From Octopus sinensis (taxonomy: Eukaryota): a stretch of 24,765 nucleotides of DNA. Below, one piece after another: positions 10,699 through 20,980 of the stretch. The position numbers and the translations under genes were made by a program. Numbering within the stretch: the first letter of the stretch is position 1; each line of letters opens with the position of its first letter. Below the pieces are notes generated by a model, which had not been told where the DNA came from, did no database searches, and worked only from the letters and a program-made list of their open reading frames with translations. Location: the NCBI RefSeq assembly GCF_006345805.1, contig NW_021836270.1, forward strand, positions 1 through 24,765, given 5' to 3'.

Positions 10699-11370
10699 TA
10701 TGTTTGACTTTTGCTTTATGTCTGTACAAGTTGGCTCCAAGTTTCACCCAGAGACCTCAAGAGACAACAGGTTGGAAGTTCATGTTGTTATGCCTAGTGT
10801 GCCATATATTTGGGTTTTTTTTTGGTGTTGTACTAGTGAATGTCTAATACATAGTTTAAAAAAAAAAAAAATTGTTTGTTTTAAACCCTGAGATTACATA
10901 GAGAGTATTTTGCGTAGGATATGAGCAGTTCCCATGAGCACTATCTTTTGAATTTCTGCCATTTTGGGGTTTCCTGGTATCTGAGTTAGATAGCAATCAG
11001 CCCCTTTCGCTCTCATTCCCAGGGCACCTATGACAACAGGTATTGTTTTAGTCTTCAGGTTCCACATTTTGCTGATTTCTATTTCAAGATCTTTATATTT
11101 GCTCAGTTTTTGGTAGGTCTTGACAGATACGTTTATATCGATTGGGGCAGTCATATCAATGAGGAGGCATGTTCTTTGTCTGAAGTCTTTCAATATGATG
11201 TCTGGCCTATTTGCATCTATCTTTCTGTCAGTTTGAATGGTGAAGTTCCAGAGGAGTGAGATGTGGTCATTTTCAAGCACTGGAGGTGGTTTGTGTTCCC
11301 ACCAGTTTTTTTCATAGTGCAAATCCAGGTTTTTGTAAATTACCCAGTGAATATATTGTGCATCTCTATC
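10697..11370 (-). mobile_element. R4/Dong-like LINE 3' end (subfamily F3) with uninterrupted RLE-domain ORF
   Basis: ORF 10894-11370: YIHWVIY...LLWNFTIQTDRKIDANRPDIILKDFRQRTCLLIDMTAP...KLSKYKDLEIEI...GTAHILRKILSM*. The RPD..D..K pattern is typical of restriction-like endonucleases in non-LTR elements. Confidence 0.93.
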
Positions 11371-11408
11371 ATTATTATTATTATTAATATTATTATTATT
11401 ATTATTAC

Positions 11409-12587
11409 TTTTTTTTTCTTCTTTTAAATTTGCTCCCATTTCTTGCCGAGTGTCTTCCTGACTCCTAGGGCAAAGAAACTTATAGTATACATTGGTAGGC
11501 CATTAAACCAAACTCAATAGTTCGTTCATTAAAAAAATTTTTTTTTTTTAGTTTAATTAAAATACATGAGTAGCAGCAACAGTTCTCACATCGACAATGC
11601 TCTTCTCAATACGTGTGATGTACCAGTTAAGACAATCTTTTGCACTTCTTGCAGGATGGTAAACCAGGATCATCTCATATAATTTTCGGTTCCCTTCTTG
11701 ATCATTCCTAGTGCTCCTACGATCACCGGTATTGTAACCGCCTTGAGATGCCACATTTTCTCAATTTCAATGAGAGGTCTTTATATTTTCTGAGCTTGTC
11801 AAACTCTTTCGCTGAGATATTATGATCACAGGGGATGCTCATGTCGATCAATAAGCAAACTTTATTGTTTTGGTCTTTCACAACAATATCTGTTTATTGG
11901 CCTTGATGGTTCGGTCTGTATGTACTGGAAAGTCCCACAGAATGGTTACATTTTCTCCTTCAGTTACAGCCTCAGGGTGGTGATTATACCACTCGTCGGC
12001 AGTTTGATATTGTAATGCCGACTTATTAGCCAGTGTAGATATTGGCCAACTCTGTCATGTCTTAATTTATACTCCACTGGTGCTAAGACTTTACATCCAG
12101 AGATTAGGTGGTCCACTGTTTCAATCATGTCGTTGCAGAATCGGCATTTTGGGTCTGCTCCATTTTTCATTACATTGGCTTGGTAGTCCGGGTTGGGTTA
12201 ATAGGCTTTGATCTTGAGCAGCCAGGATGAAACCTTCGCTCTCTGCTTTTAGCCCTGAGCTCCGTAGCCACTGATGGGTTTGCTTCTGGTCAACATCAGC
12301 TTGTTTGCTGCGGGTCACATATTTGCCGTGCAGAGGTTTCTCCTCCCACCTATCAGCCAATTGCTCGTGCGCTTTTTTCATTGCCATCATTTTCACCTTC
12401 TTTGCAACAATAGTTGCCGTACTTCCCTCGGGTTGTTCAGTTTGGGTATCCTGCACGAGATCAATAGCAAATTTTTTGCTTTACTTTATGATAGAATGAA
12501 GCTTCTTTCGTCTCTCATGATTTTCCACGAGCTTTAGCATCCAGTCATTCGATATTTTGAGATATTTGGCCAGTCCAATTGTGTATT
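11409..12587 (-). mobile_element. R4/Dong-like LINE 3' portion (subfamily F4), frameshifted
   Basis: WEEKPLHGKY...HQWLRSSGLKAESEGFILAAQDQSL; CRFCNDMIETVDHLISGCKVLAPVEYKLRHDRVGQYLHW; ends KSIVDVRTVAATHVF*. The 3' UTR boundary (11409-11556) is inferred. Confidence 0.88.
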
Positions 12588-12631
12588 ATTATTACTATTA
12601 TTATTATTATCATCATCATCAATATTATCAT

Positions 12632-13228
12632 TGCCTTTGCACAGCTTCTAACGCTGGAGATGTACTACGGTGTCAGCTGTTCACAACCAGTGAACTAAGG
12701 TAACACCTCTTATTTTTCGAGCACCTTCCGAAGTATTCGAGCGATTCCAAGCAATGCTGTTTTCTGCAAGTGCTCCACCCTTATTGCAGCCCCTATTTGT
12801 TCCATGTACTACTCGAGATTTTTACTCACTGTCCCCAGGGCTCCAACAGTTATTTGTACTACTACCACCTTTTTCATCGACCACAACTACTTTACCTCCC
12901 AAGCTAACCTGTCATATCTCTTGACTTTTCTTTCTTCCTTATCACATACCTTGTTGTCAGCTGGGCATGCTCCATCTATGATCCAGCACAGTTTGATTTA
13001 TTCCTCAATTAAGACTATGTCTGGCTTCTTATCCTTTATTTCATGGTGGCACTGAATCATAAAATCCCATAGGATCTTTGTATTATCATTTTCACTGATG
13101 CCTTCAGGTTTGTGACCATACCAATTTTTTTCTCTGTCAAGTCCATACTTGTTGCAAAGTCTCCAATGGACAATCCTTGCTATATTGTCATGGCATCTCT
13201 TATATTCCTTCTGGGCTAGTGACATACA
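12632..13228 (-). mobile_element. R4/Dong-like LINE 3' end (subfamily F5), degenerate
   Basis: LAQKEYKRCHDNIARIVHWRLC...KILWDFMIQCHHEIKDKKPDIVLIE, then ITVGALGTVSKNLE...LQKTALLGIARILRKVLEK* with internal stops. Confidence 0.87.
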
Positions 13229-13272
13229 TTATTATTATTATTATTATTATTATTGTTATTATTATTATTATT

Positions 13273-13678
13273 GAGTGAGAGAGCAGTGAATGCCATCAAA
13301 GTGACACTGGGGTAAAATATACAAAGCCCAGTATACCCATCATGACTACCCATCTGATAAGGGTACACTACGCACATGCATCACAACCATATGTGCGCGA
13401 CATGGTGATCTCATATCAATATAAACAGCACATGACCTTGCAGGTGGGGCCCAGTTAGAATTTTCTTCTGGTCAAGTAACCCATCCCGCTCAAATGGTCC
13501 CTGAATAAGGATTGTTTAAGGCTGTGGAACAAACCACCCATGTTTCCAAAGGTGAATTATTCTCCCTCTCAACACATGGCTATGATGCTCCCCCACTATT
13601 TCTGCTCGTGATCAGAGATGCACATATCGTCAGCCACTAAGGGACATGTTCAACTTGTTAAGGTCAAACAACTGACAA
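13273..13678. mobile_element. Body (~406 bp) of the non-coding dispersed element, copy 2
   Basis: Collinear with 3524-3933; starts ATT|GAGTGAGAGAGCAG after an (ATT)n tract. Confidence 0.85.
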
Positions 13679-16600
13679 GCAAATCTGTGGTATTGAGCAG
13701 AATATTTGCTGTAGCCCATCTTTTATACCAAGACAAAACAATGTACATGATAACACTTCCAATCAGTTAAGATCAGAAGCCATGAGAGCCACTGCCTGGT
13801 ACTGCATCAGGGTATTAGCAAATCTGTGGTATTGAGCAGAATATTTGCTGTAGGCCATCTTTTATACCAAGACAAAACAATGTACATGATAACACTTCCA
13901 ATCAGTTAAGATCAGCAGCCATGATAGCCACTGCCTGGTACTGCATCAGGGCATTAGCAAATCTGTGGTATTGAGCAGAATATTTGCTGTAGGCCATCTT
14001 TTATACCAAGACAAAACAATGTACATGATAACACTCCCAATCAGTTAAGATCAGAAGTCACGAGAGCCACTGCCTGGTACTGCATCAGGGCATTAGCAAA
14101 TCTGTGGTATTGAGCAGAATATTTGCTGTAGCCCATCTTTTATACCAAGACAAAACAATGTACATGATAACACTTCCAATCAGTTAAGATCAGAAGCCAT
14201 GAGAGCCACTGCCTGGTACTGCATCAGGGCATTAGCAAATCTGTGGTATTGAGCAGAATATTTGCTGTAGGCCATCTTTTATACCAAGACAAAACAATGT
14301 ACATGATAACACTCCCAATCAGTTAAGATCAGAAGTCACGAGAGCCACTGCCTGGTACTGCATCAGGGCATTAGCAAATCTGTGGTATTGAGCAGAATAT
14401 TTGCTGTAGCCATCTTTTATACCAAGACAAAACAATGTACATGATAACACTCCCATCAGTTAAGATCAGAAGTCACGAGAGCCACTGCCTGGTACTGCAT
14501 CAGGGCATTAGCAAATCTGTGGTATTGAGCAGAATATTTGCTGTAGCCCATCTTTTATACCAAGACAAAACAATGTACATGATAACACTTCCAATCAGTT
14601 AAGATCAGAAGCCATGAGAGCCACTGCCTGGTACTGCATCAGGGCATTAGCAAATCTGTGGTATTGAGCAGAATATTTGCTGTAGGCCATCTTTTATACC
14701 AAGAAAAACAATGTACATGATAACACTCCCAATCAGTTAAGATCAGAAGTCACGAGAGCCACTGCCTGGTACTGCATCAGGGCATTAGCAAATCTGTGGT
14801 ATTGAGCAGAATATTTGCTGTAGGCCATCTTTTATACCAAGACAAAACAATGTACATGATAACACTCCCAATCAGTTAAGATCAGAAGTCACGAGAGCCA
14901 CTGCCTGGTACTGCATCAGGGCATTAGCAAATTGTGGTATTGAGCAGAATATTTGCTGTAGCCCATCTTTTATACCAAGACAAACACATGTACATGATAA
15001 CACTTCCAATCAGTTAAGATCAGAAGCCATGAGAGCCACTGCCTGGTACTGCATCAGGCATTAGCAAATCTGTGGTATTGAGCAGAATATTTGCTGTAGG
15101 CCATCTTTTATACCAAGACAAAACAATGTACATGATAAACTCCCAATCATTTAAGATCAGAAGTCACGAGAGCCACTGCCTGGTACTGCATCAGGGCATT
15201 AGCAAATCTGTGGTATTGAGCAGAATATTTGCTGTAGCCCATCTTTTATACCAAGAAACAAACAATGTACATGATAACACTTCAATCAGTTAAGATCAGA
15301 AGCCATGAGAGCCACTGCCTGGTACTGCATCAGGGCATTAGCAAATCTGTGGTATTGAGCAGAATATTTGCTGTAGGCCATCTTTTATACCAAGACAAAA
15401 CAATGTACATGATAACACTCCCAATCAGTTAAGATCAGAAGTCACGAGAGCCACTGCCTGGTACTGCATCAGGGCATTAGCAAATCTGTGGTATTGAGCA
15501 GAATATTTGCTGTAGCCCATCTTTTATACCAAGACAAAACAATGTACATGATAACACTTCCAATCAGTTAAGATCAGAAGCCATGAGAGCCACTGCCTGG
15601 TACTGCATCAGGGCATTGCAAATCTGTGGTATTGAGCAGAATATTTGCTGTAGCCCCTCTTTTATACCAAGACAAAACAATGTACATGATAACATTTCCA
15701 TCAGTTAAGATCAGAAGCCATGGGAGCCACTGCCTGGTACTGCATCAGGGCATTAGCAAATCTGTGGTATTGAGCAGATATTTGCTGTAGCCCATCTTTT
15801 ATACCAAGACAAAACAATGTACATGATAACATTTCCAATCAGTTAAGATCAGAAGCCATGGGAGCCACTGCCTGGTACTGCATCAGGGCATTAGCAAATC
15901 TGTGGTATTGAGCAGAATATTTGCTGTAGCCCATCTTTTATACCAAGACAAAACATGTACATGATAACATTTCCAATCAGTTAAGATCAGAAGCCATGGG
16001 AGCCACTGCCTGGTACTGCATCAGGGCATTAGCAATCTGTGTGGTATGAGCAGAATATTTGCTGTAGCCCATCTTTTATACCAAGACAAAACAATGTACA
16101 TGATAACACTTCCAATCAGTTAAGATCAGAAGCCAGAGCCACTGCCTGTACTGCATCAGGGCATTAGCAAATCTGTGGTATTGAGCAGAATATTTGCTGT
16201 AGCCCCTCTTTTATACCAAGACAAAAAACATGTATGATAACATTTCCAATCAGTTAAGATCAGAAGCCATGGGAGCCACTGCCTGGTACTGCATCAGGGC
16301 ATTAGCAAATCTGTGGTATTGAGCAGAATATTTGCTGTAGCCCCTCTTTTATACCAAGACAAAACAATGTACATGATAACATTTCCAATCAGTTAAGATC
16401 AGAAGCCATGGGAGCCACTGCCTGGTACTGCATCAGGGCATTAGCAAATCTGTGGTATTGAGCAGAATATTTGCTGTAGCCCATCTTTTATACCAAGACA
16501 AAACAATGTACATGATAACATTTCCAATCAGTTAAGATCAGAAGCCATGGGAGCCACTGCCTGGTACTGCATCAGGGCATTAGCAAATCTGTGGTATTGA

Positions 16601-16996
16601 GCAGAATATTTGCTGTAGCCCATCTTTTATACCAAGACAAAACAATGTACATGATAACACTTCCAATCAGTTAAGATCAGAAGCCATGAGAGCCACTGCC
16701 TGGTACTGCATCAGGGCATTAGCAAATCTGTGTATTGAGCAGAATATTTGCTGTAGCCCATCTTTTATACCAAGACAAAACAATGTACATGATAACACTT
16801 CCAATCAGTTAAGATCAGAAGCCATGAGAGCACTGCCTGGTACTACTGCATCAGGGCATTAGCAAATCTGTGGTATTGAGCAGAATATTTGCTGTAGCCC
16901 ATCTTTTATACCAAGACAAAACAATGTACATGATAACACTTCCAATCAGTTAAGATCAGAAGCCATGAGAGCCACGTTCTGGTACAGCATCAGGGC

Positions 16997-17000
<4 letters not shown>
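13679..17000. repeat. Tandem array of 24 x 139-bp monomer (satellite-like) at the terminus of the dispersed element, copy 2
   Basis: Units start at 13679, 13818, 13957, 14096, 14235 and onward to ~16862; the array ends CATCAGGGCATTT(ATT)n. No unique spacers. Confidence 0.97.
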
Positions 17001-17036
<36 letters not shown>

Positions 17037-17038
<2 letters not shown>

Positions 17039-17223
17039 GGTGGGAAGGTGGCAGAATCATTAGCGTGCTGGATGAAATGCTTAGGGGTATTGTGTTTGTC
17101 TGCACGTTCTGAGTTCAAGTTCTGCCAAGGTCAACTTTGCCTTTCATCCTTTCAGGGGTCGATATAATCAACTAACCCCCTCCCTCACCAAATTCCAGGC
17201 CTTGTGCCTATGATAGGAATGAT
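17037..17223 (+). mobile_element. Family A SINE
   Basis: AAGGTGGGAAGGTGGCAGAATCATTAGC...GAGTTCAAGTTCTGCC...AGGCCTTGTGCCTA. Confidence 0.85.
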
Positions 17224-17442
17224 TATTCTTTTCTACTCTAGGCACAAAGTCTAAAATTTTTGGGGAGTGGTCCAATCAATTAGATCGACCCCAGTGGGCA
17301 ACTGGTACTTAATTTATCGACTCCAAGAGGATAAAGGTAAAGTTAGCCTCAGGCAGAATTTGAACTCAGAACACGAAGACAGACAAAATATTGCTAAGCA
17401 TTTTGCCTGACGTGCTAACGTTTCTGCCAGCTTGCCGCCTTA
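17224..17442 (-). mobile_element. Family A SINE, tail-to-tail with the preceding copy
   Basis: The reverse complement reads TAAGGCGGCAAGCTGGCAGAAACGTTAGCACG...GAGTTCAAATTCTGCC...GTGCCTAGAGTAGAAAAGAAT. Confidence 0.87.
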
Positions 17443-17502
17443 GGAATGATTGGAATAATTATTATTATTTTTGTCGTTATTATTATAATTAAGGCAGTGA
17501 GT

Positions 17503-18170
17503 TGGTGGTGGTGGTGGTTGTGGTAATGATGGTGATGTTGGTGGTGGTGGTGGTGATTGTGGTAATGATGGTGGTGATGGTGGTGGTGGTGGTTGTGGTA
17601 ATGATGGTGGTGTTGGTGGTGGTGGTGGTGATTGTGGTAATGATGGTAGTGGTGGTGGTGGTGGTGGTTGTGGTAATGATGGTGGTGTTGGTGGTGGTGG
17701 TGGTGATTGTGGTAATGATGGTGGTGATGGTGGTGGTGCGTGGTGGTGGTGGTGGTGGTGGTGGTGGTGGTGGTGGTGATTGTGGTAATGATGGTGGTGA
17801 TGGTGGTGGTGCGTGGTGGTGGTGGTGGTGCGTGGTGGTGGTGGTGATTGTGGTAATGATGGGGGTGTTGGTGGTGGTGGTTGTGGTAATGATGGTGGTG
17901 ATGGTGGTGGTGCGTGGTGGTGGTGGTGGTGGTGGTAATGATGGTGGTGTTGGTGGTGGTGGTTGTGGTAATGATGGTGGTGATGGTGGTGATGGTGGTG
18001 GTGCGTGGTGGTGTTGGTGGTGGTAATGATGGTGGTGTTGGTGGTGGTGGTTGTGGTAATGATGGTGGTGATGGTGGTGGTGCGTGGTGGTGGTGGTGAT
18101 GGTGGTGGTGATTGTGGTAATGATGGTGGTGTTGGTGGTGGTGGTGATGGTGACGGTAGTTGCAATGTTG
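17503..18170. repeat. (GGT)n-derived complex repeat with recurring TGTGGTAATGATGG blocks
   Basis: Seen directly; it explains the Pro/Thr/His-rich and Val-rich ORFs. Confidence 0.95.
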
Positions 18171-18223
18171 AGTGTTGTGATAATTGTGATGACGGTCAAA
18201 GTGCTGTTGTTGTTAGAAACGAC

Positions 18224-18533
18224 GGAAAGCACGTGGCTTAATGTTTCGTGCATTCAGCTCACAATCGTAAGGTGATGAGTTCAATTCCCAGCAGTGCACT
18301 CTGTCCTTGAGCAAGACACTTTATTCCACGTAGCTCCAGTCCACTCAGCTGGCAAAAACAAGTTGTACTTATACTCCCAAAGGGGCCGGCCTTGTCACAT
18401 TCTGTGTCTACGCTGAATCTCCCTGAGAACCACATTAAGGGTACACGTGTCTGTGGAGTGCTCAGCCACTTGTATGTTAATTTCATGAGTTGGTTCTTCG
18501 GTTCAACTAGAATCAACAAAACCAATGGAGTGC
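18224..18533 (+). mobile_element. tRNA-headed SINE (family C) with CORE-like CCTTGAGCAAGACACTT motif
   Basis: GTGGCTTAATG (A-box-like) and GAGTTCAATTCCC (B-box-like). Its 3' part (GGCCGGCCTTGTCAC...ACACGTGTCTGTGGAGTGCTCAGCCACTT) is shared with the minus copy at 23686-24069. Confidence 0.8.
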
Positions 18534-18539
18534 AAGTTT

Positions 18540-19000
18540 TAGTGATGATGGTGGTGGTGGTGGCGGCGTTTTAGAAAGCTGATGATAGTTGTGGTGGTGG
18601 TAGTGGTAGTGGCGGTGATGGTAGTGGTGTCGTGGTGGTACCGGTGGCGATGGTGGTGGTGGTTTTGGTGATGATGGCAGTGGTGGTGTCATCTGCTGAT
18701 GGTAGTGGTGGTGGTGCAACTGCTGGTTGTTGTTGTTGCAGTGGTGGTGGTGGTGGTGGTGGTGGTGGTAGTGATGGTTATTATGTTGGTGATGATGATG
18801 CTGGCTGTTAATGGTGATGATGCTACCATTCATACTGTTGTTGTTGGTGATGGTGGTGGTGGTGGTGGTGGTGTTGATGACGGTGGTGATGGTGGTGGTG
18901 GTGGTGGTATCGTCAATGGCGATAGCGAAGTCAGTGGCAGTGGCAGTGGAGGTGGTGGTTGTGGTGGTGGGTGGTGGTGGTAGGTGGTGGTGGTGGAGAT
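18540..19000. repeat. Degenerate (GGT/GAT)n low-complexity tract
   Basis: Seen directly. Confidence 0.9.
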
Positions 19001-19137
19001 GTCGAAGTATTGCATCAGGTCCTTAGAGACATATTGAGTTACCAGACACTCCAAAATTGCCCTCTTATACCAAACACGCCACTCACTTCACTTCCTCTCT
19101 CACCAACTTCCTCTGTCCTCTCTCCCTTTCACCAGAT

Positions 19138-19443
19138 ATGTGTGTGTGTGTGTGTACACAGATATGCATATATATATATATATATACATACAAACGTTAA
19201 ACGATCACGATAATGGTGATGATGTTGACATGCAAACATACATACATACATATATATATACACACACATATTCATATATATATGGATATGAATTAATATA
19301 TATATGTGTGTGTGTATATGCATAGATATATATGTATGCAGGGATACACAAACACACACAGACATATATATATATATGTGTGTGTATGCATATAAAACTG
19401 TCTCTGTGTATATATATATGTATATATATATATATATTATATA

Positions 19444-19495
<52 letters not shown>

Positions 19496-19556
19496 ACATA
19501 TGTGTATATAAAATAGATAATATATTACACACAAACACACAATACATACACACAGA
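19138..19556. repeat. Compound (TG)/(TA)/(CA) microsatellite
   Basis: Seen directly. Confidence 0.9.
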
Positions 19557-19558
19557 GA

Positions 19559-19797
19559 CAGTGCCGGTGTCAACGTAAAAAGCACCATCCGATTGTGGCC
19601 GTTGCCAGCCTCGTCTGGCCCCCATGCAGGTGGCACATAAAAAGCACCCACTACACTCACAGAGTGGTTGGCGTTAGGAAGGGCATCCAGCTGTAGAAAC
19701 ACTGCCAAATCAGACTAGGCCTGGTGCAGCCTTCTGGCTTCCCAGACCCCAGTTGAACCGTACAACCCATGCTAGCATGGAAAATGGACGTTATACA

Positions 19798-19831
<34 letters not shown>
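19559..19831 (+). mobile_element. Short RTE-type 3' UTR copy (one 62-bp monomer, tail, (GAT)n)
   Basis: Same monomer and AGGAAGGGCATCCAGCTGTAGAAA tail as 3016-3523. Confidence 0.85.
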
Positions 19832-19832
<1 letters not shown>

Positions 19833-19839
19833 ATATATT

Positions 19840-20040
19840 GATCATCATCATCCTCCTTCTCATTTAATGCTGTGTCCCAAGCTCGCATGGGCTGGTCAGT
19901 TTGACAGGGTCCAATGTGTCCCAGGACAGCATTGTGCTCTCCAACGTGTTCTTTGGCATGGTCCTTTCTATAACAGGATGCCCTTCCTAGCACCAACCCC
20001 TATACAGAGTGGACAGGGTGCTTTTTACCTGCCGTTGGTC
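19840..20040 (-). mobile_element. Diverged RTE-type tail copy, tail-to-tail with 19559-19831
   Basis: The reverse complement contains GGTTGGTGCTAGGAAGGGCATCCTGTTATAGAAA and ends ...CCCATGCGAGC...TAAATGA..GATGATGATGA. Confidence 0.65.
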
Positions 20041-20329
20041 AGCACTACTGGAGGTCACTGTGCAGCCCACAGAAGTAGAAACCCATGGGGAAGGAAGTCA
20101 GGGGTCAGCTTCATGCTTTGAGATAAGAGTTTAAAGCAGCGCTTCCCAAACTTTCATGGGCAGCTATCCCCTTGGCATCCAGGCCACATTCCTAGCGCCC
20201 CCACCGAAACTCACCACCACAAACATAGACCACCTTTCTGCAGGAAATTCAAAACAACTGTTAAACTTAACCTAATTAATCCATTATTAGGGGGAGCCTT
20301 CTGGCTTACCAGCCCTCAGTCAAACCGTC

Positions 20330-20980
20330 AAAAAAAGGCTGCCCCTGGGAACTCCTCAATGCTGATGACCTTGCTCTAATTGCCGAGTCACTGCTTGAAC
20401 TAGACGAAGTTTAGGGTGTGGAAGCAAGGTCTAGAATCGAAGGGCTTTTAGGGTTAAGCTAGCAAAAACCAAAGTCTTAGTGAGTAAGAAGGCAGACAAA
20501 TCACAAACCCCTTCAGGGAGATGGCCCTGCTTGATCTGTAGAAAAGGCATAAGTAGAAATTTCATGAGATGTACCCAGTGTAACGGAAAGGAGACAACCT
20601 TCAAAGAAATCCGGAGTGGAGCCCCGAAGGCAGTCTAGTGTTCGACTCGACACTCTTCCGGCAGCTCCTGCAACTAAGCTGGTGCCAAACGTAATGCACT
20701 GCACTCCACTGGACTACATCAGCAAGGTCGAGAGAGGAAACCTGACGATTGGGCTACCCAGGACTTTCTTATCTATAGCCCAGGCCTGCGCAAAACTGGA
20801 GAGGACACTTCCGTGCTGCTGTAAAAAGCTGCAGAAACAACACGGGTGTCTCCATTGTCTTCCGAGACAGAAAGGATGCCAAAAACTATGGACACATAAG
20901 AAGTGCAGCAATTTCAATGGAAGGTTAACTGGGAAGATAGTTTATGTGTGTAGCAGATGCACTGGGGTAATGAACCCTGT
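20330..20980 (+). mobile_element. Degenerate RTE-clade LINE ORF2 fragment (RT catalytic region to Cys/His finger), interrupted at ~20584-20884
   Basis: GCPWELLNADDLALIAES (YADD motif mutated to NADD), FRVWKQGLESKG, KTKVLVS, WPCLICRKG..RCTQC, then an insertion, then KLWTHKKCSN..GRLTGKIVYVCSRCTG. Confidence 0.85.
20584..20884 (+). mobile_element. Insert within the RTE fragment; begins with a piece of another LINE RT (CR1/L2/Jockey-like)
   Basis: NGKETTFKEIRSGAP(Q)GS.VF..TLF resembles the SGVPQGSVLGPxLF RT motif after one frameshift; the remainder is unassigned. Confidence 0.5.

Noticed and set aside
13679-13817. Self-cleaving ribozyme in the 139-bp monomer (minus strand has CCCTGATGCAG)
   Set aside because: CUGAUGC lacks the conserved A9, there is no GAAA partner in the unit, and I could not build HDV-like or twister pairings.
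13679-17000. CRISPR array
   Set aside because: Units are contiguous near-identical 139-mers with no unique spacers, no cas genes are present, and the context is eukaryotic.
17440-18253. Extensin/mucin-like Pro/Thr/His-rich ORFs
   Set aside because: Translations of the (GGT/ACC)n tract, open in several frames at once.
20137-20215. hAT/Charlie-like terminal sequence CAGCGCTTCCCAAACTT
   Set aside because: It resembles a Charlie-type TIR, but no matching second TIR or 8-bp TSD was found.
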